In this document: positions 45,187 to 55,089 of the stretch, in pieces
How the letters are laid out: each line of letters begins with the position of its first letter
Numbering within the stretch: position 1 is the stretch's first letter
Assembly: GCA_019244185.1 (NCBI GenBank)
Contig: JAFATB010000023.1
Coordinates: 288,001-352,000 of the forward strand
Reading direction: 5' to 3'
Source: Acidobacteriota bacterium
Lineage (GTDB): Bacteria > Acidobacteriota > Thermoanaerobaculia > Gp7-AA8
DNA length: 64,000 bases
Notes under the pieces: generated by a model
Seen by the model: the letters and a program-made list of their open reading frames with translations, nothing else
Databases searched by the model: none
What the model was told of the DNA's origin: nothing
Translations under genes and position numbers: made by a program

Positions 45187-47549
45187 CGGCGACGCCGGAC
45201 CAATGCCGCGCCGAGGAGCAGGACCGCCGCGGCGATCGAGAGTTTTGCGCCGTTCGCGGCGAGATCGTTGCGGTAGCTCATCGTCACGCGATGCCGCCCC
45301 GCCGGAACCACGACGCCCTGGAAGCCGATGTTCGTCACGATCGACTGCGCGGGCTGCCCGTCGATCGCGACGCGCCAGTACTTGTGGGGCGTGACGCTCA
45401 TGACGAGGAACGCGCGGCCTGCGGCGGTGACGTCGATCGACGCGGTGTTCGCGGTTTCGACGTAGTGCGTAACGGCGCCGTTCGCGGGCACGAAGGAGGG
45501 CCCGGCGACGAACGCCACGCGGTCGGTGTAGCCGCCTTTCACGAGGCGCTGCACGAAGTCCTGGCGGTTGCGGATCGTCACGACCTGGTCGGCGAAGTAG
45601 TAGCGCGGGTTGTGCGCGATCTCGACGAAGTCGACCGCCTGCGCGTTCTTGAGATTGCCGCGCACGCGCTTCTGTTCCGGCTCGAACGGACGATAGACGA
45701 CGCGATACCAGACGTTCGCCATCGCCGTGACCGGACGCCACCAGTCCGTGCGTCCGTTGCGTTTGATGTCCCACACCGAGTCGGTGAAGTCGATCGTCGG
45801 CAGGAGCGCGGTCTTGTCGTAGTCGCGCTCCATCACCATGCGCAGGCCGTGGCCCGCGGGCGTCATCGGATAGAGGCCGTTGCGCACGATCCAATAGACG
45901 GCGTCGCCGCTCGAGAAGTATCTCCGCGCAATCGTGTCCTGGCCGTACCAGTCAGCCTCGTGGAAGATGCGGAACGGCTCGCGGTTGCGCGGCAGCGCGC
46001 GCGATGCGGGCGGCTCTTCGCGGAAGAAGCGCGCCGGCATGCGCGGGTTGAGCTCGTGCACGACCGGGAAGAGATCGGCGACGACGAAGATGCCGAAAAG
46101 AGCGATCCAGAGAGGGCGCCTCACCGCGCGCATCGAGCGCAGCAGCGCGATGAAGAGCGCGCCGCGCACGAAGGCGATGATCCAGCCGGTGCGCGCGAGC
46201 GACGTCATGCGATCGGCGGCGGCGCCTTTGCCGAGTCCCCACGTGTAGGTGAAGAGCTGGCCGAAGTAGTGCGTGAAGCCGGAGAGCGCGAGGATGCCGG
46301 CGACGAGCGTCGTCGCGAGCACGAAGCCGGTCGCCGCGTCGCGCAGCGCGTCGTCGCCGTCGAGCATCCGCTGCAGCACCTGCGAGGCGAGCAGGATCGC
46401 CGCGAAGCAGGCCATCATCGCGAACTTCTCGGGATAGCGGATCGACGTCGCGATGTGCGCGTCGTAGAGCCAGTGCAGCAGCGGCGTATGTCCGCCGAGG
46501 GCGAGGAGGAAGGAGACGGTGCAGACGAGCAGCACGAAGCCGCTGCCGCGCGGGCGGACGAACGCCGCCGCCATCGCCAGTGCCGTCACCGCGAGCCCGC
46601 AGTAGATGCTGAAGAGAAACGGCGAGCCCATGCCGGTGTAGAGGCCGCCGCCCCAGTACCACATCACGCGATCGATGGAGATGTGGCCGAGGAAGTTCGG
46701 GTAGATGAACTCCGCGAACTTCGCCCACGGGAAGCTCCACGCGCTGACGAGCGAGAACTCGAACGCGCGCGAGCGCGCGGACTCCGACGCGTGATCGATG
46801 GCCGGCATCATCTGCGCCGCGCCGACCGCGATCGCACCGAGGGAGATCAGCGCGATGAACGCGACGCGCGCGAACATCTCCGGGATCGCGTGGCGTCGCG
46901 GCAGCTCGGCGTCGCGCGTCGCCTGCCAGCCGCGGTACATCGCGTAGAGGCCGATGAGCAGGCCCGTCTGCACGATCGTCGTCGGCTCCGCGACGAGGAA
47001 CTGCAGGCCGAGAAAGAGCGACGCGAGCGCGAAGTCGCGCAGGCGCGGACGGAGCAGAAAGCGCCGCACGTACAGACACGTGAGCGGCAGCCACGCGGCG
47101 CAGAAGAGGATCGGCAACAGGTTGATGTACGAGAGGTACAGGCCGCCGAGTCCCCACGACAGCGCGCCGAACGCCGCGGGCACCGCGCGCAGTTCCATCG
47201 ACCGCAGCAGCGCGTACATGCCGAGGAGGCCGATGTAGATGTGAATGAGGATGTGCAGGCGGAAGCCGAGGTCGTAGCTCGGGAGAAGAATGAGCCACGT
47301 CAGCGGATAGAAGACCTCGTGCTCGGGATTCGCGGCGAGCGGCTGGCCGGCGGAGAAGTAGCGATTCCAGTACGGGAACTCGCCGTGCTGCACGATCTCG
47401 CGGAGGATTTGTTTGGCGGGGTAGTAGTAGCGCGTGAGATCGCGCATGTAGAAGTTCGCCGTGCCCGCGAGCACGTCGGCGAAAAGAAGAGTGGCCAGCA
47501 GCGCGAGGATCGCGACGGCGATGATGTCGTGGCGGCGGGCGTCGGTCAT
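45183..47549 (-). CDS. YfhO-like GT-C membrane glycosyltransferase
   Basis: RDL..YYYP, GEFPYWN...AGQPLAANP..FYP, RYPEK, VVVPAGRHRV. Confidence 0.85.
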   Translation of the reverse strand: MTDARRHDIIAVAILALLATLLFADVLAGTANFYMRDLTRYYYPAKQILREIVQHGEFPYWNRYFSAGQPLAANPEHEVFYPLTWLILLPSYDLGFRLHILIHIYIGLLGMYALLRSMELRAVPAAFGALSWGLGGLYLSYINLLPILFCAAWLPLTCLYVRRFLLRPRLRDFALASLFLGLQFLVAEPTTIVQTGLLIGLYAMYRGWQATRDAELPRRHAIPEMFARVAFIALISLGAIAVGAAQMMPAIDHASESARSRAFEFSLVSAWSFPWAKFAEFIYPNFLGHISIDRVMWYWGGGLYTGMGSPFLFSIYCGLAVTALAMAAAFVRPRGSGFVLLVCTVSFLLALGGHTPLLHWLYDAHIATSIRYPEKFAMMACFAAILLASQVLQRMLDGDDALRDAATGFVLATTLVAGILALSGFTHYFGQLFTYTWGLGKGAAADRMTSLARTGWIIAFVRGALFIALLRSMRAVRRPLWIALFGIFVVADLFPVVHELNPRMPARFFREEPPASRALPRNREPFRIFHEADWYGQDTIARRYFSSGDAVYWIVRNGLYPMTPAGHGLRMVMERDYDKTALLPTIDFTDSVWDIKRNGRTDWWRPVTAMANVWYRVVYRPFEPEQKRVRGNLKNAQAVDFVEIAHNPRYYFADQVVTIRNRQDFVQRLVKGGYTDRVAFVAGPSFVPANGAVTHYVETANTASIDVTAAGRAFLVMSVTPHKYWRVAIDGQPAQSIVTNIGFQGVVVPAGRHRVTMSYRNDLAANGAKLSIAAAVLLLGAALVRRRR

Positions 47550-47562
47550 CGCGCGCGGAACG

Positions 47563-48345
47563 CTACCGCACCGCCGCGACGGGAGCCGGCGTGCCGACCC
47601 GGTCGCGGAAGATCGGGTGGCTCCAGAGCCCCTTCTTGTGCAGCTTGTAGTAGATCATCGTCTTGAGGATCGCCAGGCCGTAGCGCGCGCCGCGCCAGAA
47701 GCCGACCTGCGAGGCCTCGTCGAAGTAGCGCGTCTGGATCGGCACCTCGCGGATGCGCATGCCCTTCGCGACGCCCTGCGCGATGATCTCCGTGTCGAAG
47801 ACGAAGTCGTCGGAGTTCGCCTCGAAGTTCACCGACTCGAGGAAGCGCTTCGAGTACGCGCGGAAGCCGGAGTGATACTCGGAGAGGTAGACGTAGAACG
47901 TCGCGTTCTCGACCATCGTCAGGAAGAGATTCGCGAAGTACTTCCACTTCGGCATCCCGCCTTCGATGGGGCGGCCGCCGAGCATGCGCGAGCCGAACAC
48001 CGCGTCCGCCTCGCCGCGCAGCAGCGGCTTCACGAGCTCGGGGATGATCTTCGGATCGTACTGATGGTCGGGGTGGACCATGACCATGATCTCGCCGCCC
48101 AGCTCGTCGATCGACGTGCGATAGCAGGTCTTCTGATTGCCGCCGTAGCCGCGGTTCTTCGCGTGCACGACCGTGCGCAGGCCGAGCTGGCGCGAGAGCT
48201 CGACGGTGCGGTCTTTCGAGCAGTCGTCGACGAGCAGGATCTCGTCGACCCAGTCCTGCGGGATGTCGTGGTACGTCGCCTCGAGCGTGCGCTCGGCGTT
48301 GTACGCCGGGAGGACGGCGATCACTTTCTTCTCGTGGAGAGGCAT
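47563..48345 (-). CDS. GT2 polyprenol-phosphate glycosyltransferase (DPM1-like)
   Basis: VLPAYNAE, LVDDCSKD, NRGYGGNQK, HPDHQY, GSR, HSGFRAY. Confidence 0.92.
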   Translation of the reverse strand: MPLHEKKVIAVLPAYNAERTLEATYHDIPQDWVDEILLVDDCSKDRTVELSRQLGLRTVVHAKNRGYGGNQKTCYRTSIDELGGEIMVMVHPDHQYDPKIIPELVKPLLRGEADAVFGSRMLGGRPIEGGMPKWKYFANLFLTMVENATFYVYLSEYHSGFRAYSKRFLESVNFEANSDDFVFDTEIIAQGVAKGMRIREVPIQTRYFDEASQVGFWRGARYGLAILKTMIYYKLHKKGLWSHPIFRDRVGTPAPVAAVR

Positions 48346-48347
48346 GG

Positions 48348-49061
48348 TCAGGCTTCTACTTTCTGCATTCTGCTTTCGACGCTCAGCGCCGCGCGGAGGC
48401 GATCGCTCACCGGCACGCCGCTCTCCTCGCAAGCCGCGGCGATCTGCTCGTACGCCTCGCGGCGGCGTCCCTGCCGCAGGAGGTCGAGGATGCCGCGGGC
48501 GAGAATGCCGTCGAAGAAACGCTTGCGATCGACGTCGCTCGGCAGCACCGCTTTCGCGCCGTCGCGCAGCGTGCCGAGAACGTCGTTGACTTCCGAGTAT
48601 TCCGGTCCGACGACGCGGAGGAGATCTTCCTTGAGCGTCCGCGCGATCGCCGGCGACTTGCCGCCGGTGGAGATGGCGATCGTGACTGAGCCGCTTTCGA
48701 CGATGGCCGGCACGATGAACTCGCAGAGCGGCGTGACGTCGACGACGTTCACCGGGATGCGGCGGCGCCGGCAGTCGGCAGCGATCTTCTCGTTGACGTG
48801 CTGGTTGTCGGTCGAGGCGATGACGAGGTTCGCGCCGTCGAGATCGCGCTCGTCGTAATGCTTGCTGCGGATGATGAGCTTTCCTTCGGCCGCCCACTCC
48901 TCGAGCTCGCGCGTGCATTCGGGCGAGACCACCGTGACGCGCGCGCCGTAGCGCAGCATCGTCTCCGCTTTGCGCGTGCAGATCTCTCCGCCGCCGATGA
49001 TGACGACGTCGCGGTCCTCGATGTCGAGGTAGATCGGATAGTACGGATACTGTTTGCTCAC
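48348..49061 (-). CDS. Precorrin-2 dehydrogenase/sirohydrochlorin ferrochelatase (SirC/CysG-N type)
   Basis: YYPIYL, IIGGGEI, VNVVD..P.C.FIVPA, AISTGGKSP. Confidence 0.9.
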   Translation of the reverse strand: MSKQYPYYPIYLDIEDRDVVIIGGGEICTRKAETMLRYGARVTVVSPECTRELEEWAAEGKLIIRSKHYDERDLDGANLVIASTDNQHVNEKIAADCRRRRIPVNVVDVTPLCEFIVPAIVESGSVTIAISTGGKSPAIARTLKEDLLRVVGPEYSEVNDVLGTLRDGAKAVLPSDVDRKRFFDGILARGILDLLRQGRRREAYEQIAAACEESGVPVSDRLRAALSVESRMQKVEA

Positions 49062-49065
49062 GGCA

Positions 49066-50349
49066 TCAGTAGATCGGGAACCGATCGCACAGCTCCTTCA
49101 CGTCGTGTTTCACTTCGGCGATGACGCCCGCGTCGCCTTTCGCGTCGAGCACGCGCGCGATGAGCGTCGCCAGCGTCTGCATGTCCGCCTCGCGCATGCC
49201 GCGCGTGGTGACCGCCGGCGTCCCGATGCGGATGCCCGACGCCACCATCGGCTTGTTCTGATCGAACGGAATCGTGTTCTTGTTGACGGTGATGTTCGCC
49301 GCCTCGAGCATGTTCTGCCCGTCTTTGCCGGTGATGCCCTTCGAGAAGACGTCGGTCATGAAGAGGTGATTGTCGGTGCCGCCGGAGACGATGCGGAAGC
49401 CGGTGTTCGCGACCGCCTGCGCGAGCGTTTTCGCGTTGCGCGCGACCTGTCCCTGATACTCCTTGAACTCCGCCGAGAGCGCTTCCTTCAGCGCGACCGC
49501 CTTCGCCGCGACGATGTGCACGAGCGGACCGCCCTGCACGCCGGGGAAGACCGATCGGTCGAGGTCCTTCGCGTACTTTTCCTTGCACAGCACGAGTCCC
49601 GCGCGCGGGCCGCGCAGCGTCTTGTGCGTGGTCGTGGTGACGAAGTCCGCATACGGAACGGGGGAGGGATGATGGCCCGTCACGACGAGGCCCGCGATGT
49701 GGGCGATGTCCGCCATCATCAGCGCGCCGACGCCGTCCGCGATCTCGCGGATGCGCTTGAAGTCGATGACGCGTGAGTACGCCGACGCGCCGCAGATGAT
49801 CATGCGCGGCTGCGCCTCTTCGGCGATGCGCTGCATCTCGTCGTAGTCGATGAGCTCATCCTCTTTGCGCACGCCGTACGCGACGACCTTGAAATCGCGG
49901 CCGCTGTACGAGAGCGGATGGCCGTGCGTGAGATGGCCGCCGTGCGAGAGGTCCATGCCCATGATCGTGTCGCCCGGCTTGAGCATGGCGAAGTAGACGG
50001 ACATGTTGGCCTGCGAGCCGGAGTGCGGCTGCACGTTCGCGTGCTCGGCGCCGAAGAGCTCTTTCGCGCGCTGGATGGCGATGGTCTCGACGACGTCGGT
50101 CGGTCCGCAGCCGCCGTAGTAGCGCTTGCCCGGATAGCCTTCCGCGTACTTGTTCGTGAACACGGAGCCCATCGCGGTCAGCACCGCTTTCGAGACGTGG
50201 TTCTCCGACGCGATCAATTCGACGGTGTCGTTCTGCCGCCGCGTCTCGGTCTCGATGGCCTGCGCGATCTCCGGATCGACCTCGGCCAGCGGGCGGTGGA
50301 GAAAATCGTGTCCCGTCGCGGCGAGACGCTCGTCATTGAGGATGGTCAT
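49066..50349 (-). CDS. glyA: Serine hydroxymethyltransferase
   Basis: [33 protein letters not shown]. Confidence 0.98.
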   Translation of the reverse strand: MTILNDERLAATGHDFLHRPLAEVDPEIAQAIETETRRQNDTVELIASENHVSKAVLTAMGSVFTNKYAEGYPGKRYYGGCGPTDVVETIAIQRAKELFGAEHANVQPHSGSQANMSVYFAMLKPGDTIMGMDLSHGGHLTHGHPLSYSGRDFKVVAYGVRKEDELIDYDEMQRIAEEAQPRMIICGASAYSRVIDFKRIREIADGVGALMMADIAHIAGLVVTGHHPSPVPYADFVTTTTHKTLRGPRAGLVLCKEKYAKDLDRSVFPGVQGGPLVHIVAAKAVALKEALSAEFKEYQGQVARNAKTLAQAVANTGFRIVSGGTDNHLFMTDVFSKGITGKDGQNMLEAANITVNKNTIPFDQNKPMVASGIRIGTPAVTTRGMREADMQTLATLIARVLDAKGDAGVIAEVKHDVKELCDRFPIY

Positions 50350-51530
50350 GGCTGCGCGATCTTATCGAAAAATGCGATGGCCGCGCCCGCGAGATAGAGC
50401 GATCCCGCGACGACCACCGACGCCTCCGGACCTTCCAGCGCCGCCGCGAATGCGTTCTCCGGTTCGGCGATGGCGGTGACGTTCGCGCCGCCGAGCTTCA
50501 CCAGCGCCTCCGCACGCATCGACCGCGGCGGATACGGCTCCGTGGCGATGACGCGATCGAACAGCGGAAAGAGCGCGGCCACGACGTCGTGCACATCCTT
50601 GTCGCTCATGATCCCGAACACGAGCAGCCGCGGACGCGGAATGCGTTCGAGAAACGGCTGGATCGCCGCGACGGCGTGCGCGTTGTGGCCGCCGTCGATC
50701 CAGATGTCTTTGTCGTGCACGCGCAAACGCTCGAGCCGTCCGCGCCAGCGCGTCGCGGCGACGCCGCGGTCGATCGCGTCTTCGTCGATGCGCGGCAGCT
50801 GCTTCACGAGCGCGCGCGCCGCGGCGACCGCGAGCGCGGCGTTGCGGCGCTGAAACTCGCCGGCGAGCGGCGTGTCGTGCGTCGTCGTCACGTGCACGAC
50901 CGGACTCCCGAACTTCCGCGCGCGGCGTTCGATGACGTCGAGGACTTCCGGATCGTCGTTCGTCGTCAGCACGATCGCGCCGCGATGGATGACGCCCGCT
51001 TTCTCCGCCGCGATTTTGCGGATCGTATTGCCGAGGTACTCCATGTGATCGAAGCCGATGGGCGTGATCAGCGCGGCCAGCGGACGCACGACGTTCGTGG
51101 CATCGAGCCGCCCGCCCATCCCGACTTCGAGCACGACGACTTCGCACTTTGCGCGCGCGAACGCGATGAAGGCGAGCAGCGTCAGCGCCTCAAAGTACGT
51201 CGGCGTGATGCCCGCGCGTTCCGCCGCTGCCTGCAAGACGTCGATCGCCTCGTCGAGCGCCGCCGGCTCGATCATCGCGCCGTCGATCGTCCAGCGTTCG
51301 CGCAGCTCGACCAGATGCGGCGAGGTGTAGAGACCGGTGCGATAACCGGCCGCGCGGAGAATCGACGCGAGCGTCGCGGACGTCGAGCCTTTGCCGTTCG
51401 TGCCCGCGACGATGATCGACGGACACGCGTGTTGCGGACGTCCGAGCGCGCGCAGCAACGCGCGCATGCGGTCGAGCCCTGGACGGATGCCCGAGCCTTC
51501 GAGCGACGCGAGCCAGTCGAGCGGCGTCAC
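50346..51530 (-). CDS. folC: Folylpolyglutamate synthase/dihydrofolate synthase
   Basis: [40 protein letters not shown]. Confidence 0.96.
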   Translation of the reverse strand: MTPLDWLASLEGSGIRPGLDRMRALLRALGRPQHACPSIIVAGTNGKGSTSATLASILRAAGYRTGLYTSPHLVELRERWTIDGAMIEPAALDEAIDVLQAAAERAGITPTYFEALTLLAFIAFARAKCEVVVLEVGMGGRLDATNVVRPLAALITPIGFDHMEYLGNTIRKIAAEKAGVIHRGAIVLTTNDDPEVLDVIERRARKFGSPVVHVTTTHDTPLAGEFQRRNAALAVAAARALVKQLPRIDEDAIDRGVAATRWRGRLERLRVHDKDIWIDGGHNAHAVAAIQPFLERIPRPRLLVFGIMSDKDVHDVVAALFPLFDRVIATEPYPPRSMRAEALVKLGGANVTAIAEPENAFAAALEGPEASVVVAGSLYLAGAAIAFFDKIAQP

Positions 51531-51531
51531 G

Positions 51532-52377
51532 CTACTGCCCGCGGAAGATGCGGAGGAAACGGCCGATGGCCGGCTTCATCTCCGCGCGCGGCGTGATGAG
51601 ATCGACCATCCCGTGCTCGACGAGGAACTCCGACGTCTGAAATCCCTCGGGCAGCGTCTGGCGGATCGTCTGCTCGATGACGCGCGGTCCTGCGAAGCCG
51701 ATCAGCGCCTTCGGCTCGGCGAGGTTGAGATCGCCCAGCATCGCGTACGACGCCGTCACGCCGCCGGTCGTCGGATCGGTGAGCACCGAGATGAACGGCA
51801 GTCCCGCTTCGGCGAGACGCGCGAGCGCCGCGGAGATCTTCGCCATCTGCATGAGCGAGAGGATGCCTTCCTGCATGCGCGCGCCGCCGGAGCAGGAGAC
51901 GATGATCAGCGGTTCTTTTTTCTCGAGCGCGCGCTCGGCGGCGAGCGTGATCTTCTCGCCGACGACCGACCCCATCGAGCCGCCCATGAAGTTGTACTCC
52001 ATGGCGCAGATCACGACCGGAATGCCTTCGAGCTTTCCTTCCGCGCAGAGCACCGCATCGCCCTGGCCGACGCGCTGCTGATAGACGCGCAGCCGATCGG
52101 CGTAGCGCTTCGTGTCGCGGAAGCCGAGGGGATCGCCGGAGCGGATGTCGGTCGCGAACTCCTTGTACTTATCGTCGTCGAAGAGGATCTCGAAGCGCTC
52201 GCGCGCGGTGAGGCGGAAGTGATGGCCGCACTTCGGACAGGTGTTGAGGTTCGCCTCGACTTCCTTCCGGTAGACGATCTCCTTGCAGTCGTCGCACTTG
52301 AGCCAGAGGCCCTCCGGGATCGCGACCTGCTTTTCGACCGCCTCTTTCGGCTTTTTTTCTTTGCGGAACCAGGCCAT
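51532..52377 (-). CDS. accD: Acetyl-CoA carboxylase carboxyltransferase beta
   Basis: PEGLWLKC, GGSMGSVVGEK, SGGARMQEG, GFAGPRVIEQT. Confidence 0.98.
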   Translation of the reverse strand: MAWFRKEKKPKEAVEKQVAIPEGLWLKCDDCKEIVYRKEVEANLNTCPKCGHHFRLTARERFEILFDDDKYKEFATDIRSGDPLGFRDTKRYADRLRVYQQRVGQGDAVLCAEGKLEGIPVVICAMEYNFMGGSMGSVVGEKITLAAERALEKKEPLIIVSCSGGARMQEGILSLMQMAKISAALARLAEAGLPFISVLTDPTTGGVTASYAMLGDLNLAEPKALIGFAGPRVIEQTIRQTLPEGFQTSEFLVEHGMVDLITPRAEMKPAIGRFLRIFRGQ

Positions 52378-52395
52378 GGGCGAGGCGACTCTACC

Positions 52396-53454
52396 TCAGA
52401 TCTCCCGGAAGATGTGCGGACGCAGCACGTCCATCCGCTCGTCGACCTTCGACGCATCGAGGTAGCGCAGCGTGGCCGCGACCGACGAGAGCAGCGAGTT
52501 GCCGTCCTGCGGCGTGTAGCAGAAGCCGACGATCGTGCGCGCGTCGGGCATGGCGATGGTCGACAGCGGCACGACGGTCTGCGAGAGGATGCGGCCGTAA
52601 TAGCCGTGGTCGCGGCCGAACGAGAAGATCTGGTTGACGGAGCGCTTGTTCGTCGTCGCCACGCGCGCGTTGTTGCGCAGCAGCGTCTTCGCTTCCTCGA
52701 GCGTCGTCTCGTGCGCGAGACGCAGCGTGAACCAGAGCGTGTGCATGTACTGCGTGTTGATCTTGATGGCCGACGAGAAGAGGTTCAGCTTCTCGCCGAG
52801 GGTCTGGAAGATGTGGTACGCGTCGCGGGCGTGATGGGTGCCGAACTCCGGGTCGTCGTGCTTGCCGGCCTGCGGCGCGGCGAGGAACGACTTCGCGTCG
52901 GAGACGTCGTTCGCGCGGCGCATGCAGACGAACTGCGCGGCGTCGAGGCTCATCTTGCCGTCGACGGACGCGAGCGTCTTGAGCAGCACGGAGATGTTGT
53001 GCGTGTTGCACGAGACGATCTGCACGAACCGCTCGTCGGGACTCTGCACCTCGTCGTTGATTCCGAGCGCGTACGGCTTGCCGAAGCCGAACTCGGAGCC
53101 CTGCGCGAGAAAGCCTTTCGGTCCTTTGACGCGCTGATAGCACGTCACCTTGTTCTCGTTGCCGGCGGGCGTGCAGTCGACGACGACGGTGGCGCGTTCG
53201 ATCGCTTCGTCCGCGGTGTAGGAGACGCGGTGGCCGAAGCGCGCGAAATCGTCGCGGGCCTGCTCGTCGGCCACGAGGCGCGCGCCGCGCGCGAGCAGCG
53301 AGTTGATCATGGCGCGGTCGTCGCCGCTCGGCGTGCGCTTGTGAAACGTGACCTCGTCGATGCCCCACTTCTCGCGGAAATCGCAGAAGAGCGCGATGAG
53401 AGGCTCGCCGATGGTGCCGGTGCCGACGACGTGGACGATGTTCTTCTTCGTCAT
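52396..53454 (-). CDS. Archaeal-type (class II) GAPDH-like dehydrogenase
   Basis: VGTGTIG, VVDCTPAG, AQGSE, IVSCNTH, MRRAND, THHARD. Confidence 0.7.
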   Translation of the reverse strand: MTKKNIVHVVGTGTIGEPLIALFCDFREKWGIDEVTFHKRTPSGDDRAMINSLLARGARLVADEQARDDFARFGHRVSYTADEAIERATVVVDCTPAGNENKVTCYQRVKGPKGFLAQGSEFGFGKPYALGINDEVQSPDERFVQIVSCNTHNISVLLKTLASVDGKMSLDAAQFVCMRRANDVSDAKSFLAAPQAGKHDDPEFGTHHARDAYHIFQTLGEKLNLFSSAIKINTQYMHTLWFTLRLAHETTLEEAKTLLRNNARVATTNKRSVNQIFSFGRDHGYYGRILSQTVVPLSTIAMPDARTIVGFCYTPQDGNSLLSSVAATLRYLDASKVDERMDVLRPHIFREI

Positions 53455-53505
53455 GACTGAAGTCCCTCTGGTGAAATCGGGCGCGGATTGTATGATCGCG
53501 CCCCC

Positions 53506-53976
53506 ATGGCCGCCAAGCCCGAGTCCGGCGAGAAGTTGATCGCCTCGAACAAGAAAGCGCTCCACGACTACTTCGTCGTGCAGAAGTTCGAGGCGGGGCT
53601 GATGCTGACCGGTACCGAGGTCAAGTCGCTACGAGACGGCAAAGCGAACCTCAAGGACGCGTACGTCATCTTCAAGAACGACGAGGCGTTTCTCTTCGGC
53701 GCGCATATCTCCCCTTATTCGCACGGCAACATCGAGAACCACGATCCCGAGCGCACGCGCAAGCTCCTCTTGCACCGCCGCGAGATCGACAAACTGCGCG
53801 CGCAGACGACGGAGAAGGGGATGTCCGTCGTGCCGCTGCGTCTCTACTTCAAAGGCAGCCGCGTGAAGACCGAAATCGCGGTCGTGCGCGGCAAGAAGCA
53901 GTACGACAAGCGCGAGACCGAGAAGAAGCGCGAGGCCGATCGCGAGGCCGCCGCGGCGATGAAGACGCGGCGCTGA
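53506..53976 (+). CDS. smpB: SsrA-binding protein
   Basis: NKKALHDY, EAGLMLTGTEVKSLR, RKLLLH, GKKQYDKR. Confidence 0.98.
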   Translation: MAAKPESGEKLIASNKKALHDYFVVQKFEAGLMLTGTEVKSLRDGKANLKDAYVIFKNDEAFLFGAHISPYSHGNIENHDPERTRKLLLHRREIDKLRAQTTEKGMSVVPLRLYFKGSRVKTEIAVVRGKKQYDKRETEKKREADREAAAAMKTRR

Positions 53977-54115
53977 CGCGCGACACTGTGGTTGCACAAC
54001 CACAGTCGTGACCTCGCCACGCGACAGAAGTCATGCGTCCACGCACGCGGCGAAGAAGGCGTAAATTGCAGTAACAGAAGCTGTTTACGCCATGTAAGGC
54101 AGCCGCGGCAGCGCG

Positions 54116-54131
54116 TGGCACTTCCCTCGCT
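54116..54131 (+). promoter_or_regulatory. sigma-54 promoter candidate for lpxC
   Basis: TGGCAC-TTCCC-TCGCT, 13 nt before the ATG. Confidence 0.6.
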
Positions 54132-54144
54132 CTTTCCGCGCGCA

Positions 54145-55035
54145 ATGTTCGTTCAACGCAGAACCATCAACACTGACGTCAGCATCACCGGGATCGGGCT
54201 GCACTCCGGCATCTACACGACCGTCGAGCTCCATCCCGCGCCCGCCGGCAGCGGCATCACCTTCGTCCGCGCCGATCTCAAAGGGCTGCGCATCCCCGCG
54301 CTGCAGGCGTCCACCACCGCGCTCGATTACGCGACCACCGTCGGCAAGGACGACGTGCAGGTCGGCACCGTCGAACACCTCCTCTCGGCGATCATGGCCT
54401 GCGGCATCACCGACGTCGACATCCACATCGACGGCCCCGAAGTCCCCATCATCGACGGCAGCGCGCTTCCCTTCATGCACCTCATCGACGCCGCCGGCGT
54501 CCGCGACCTCGGCAGCGAGATTCCGGTCCTCCGCCTCCGCGAGCCGATCGAGGTGACGCACGGCGACAAGTCGATCCGCATCACGCCGGCGAATCGCCTC
54601 ATCATCAAGTACCGCATCGACTTCGATCATCCGAGCATCGGCCGCCAGTCCGCGCACTTCGACTTCGGCCACGACAACTTCCTCCGCAAGATCGCGCCGG
54701 CGCGTACGTTCGGCTTCATGCGCGACGTCGAGAAGATGCGCGCCGCCGGCCTCGCGCGCGGCGGCTCCGTCGAGAACGCCGTCGTGCTCGACGATCGCGG
54801 CGTCGTCAACGGGCCGCTGCGCTTCCGCGACGAGTTCGTGCGCCACAAGGTGCTCGATCTCATCGGCGACCTCGCGCTCATCGGACGCCCGATCGCCGGC
54901 GAGATCACCGCGCATCGCGCCGGTCACGCGCTGCACTCGCGCTTCGTCGAGCAGATCCTCCAGGCTGCCGCGGCGCAGGAAGCCGAAGCGGAAGCGCCGC
55001 TCGGCCAGCGTTCGATCCAGCAACAGTTCGCGTAA
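54145..55035 (+). CDS. lpxC: UDP-3-O-acyl-GlcNAc deacetylase
   Basis: GIGLHSG, TVEHLLSA, EVPIIDGSA, ARTFG, RHKVLDLIGD, GHALH. Confidence 0.97.
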   Translation: MFVQRRTINTDVSITGIGLHSGIYTTVELHPAPAGSGITFVRADLKGLRIPALQASTTALDYATTVGKDDVQVGTVEHLLSAIMACGITDVDIHIDGPEVPIIDGSALPFMHLIDAAGVRDLGSEIPVLRLREPIEVTHGDKSIRITPANRLIIKYRIDFDHPSIGRQSAHFDFGHDNFLRKIAPARTFGFMRDVEKMRAAGLARGGSVENAVVLDDRGVVNGPLRFRDEFVRHKVLDLIGDLALIGRPIAGEITAHRAGHALHSRFVEQILQAAAAQEAEAEAPLGQRSIQQQFA

Positions 55036-55089
55036 GCAACCGTTTGTCGCGAGCTTGATTTACGCGCGGTGTGGTAAAAACGCCACACG

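Noticed and set aside
53977-54144. tmRNA next to smpB
   Set aside because: The gap is too short and lacks the tRNA-like ends of ssrA.
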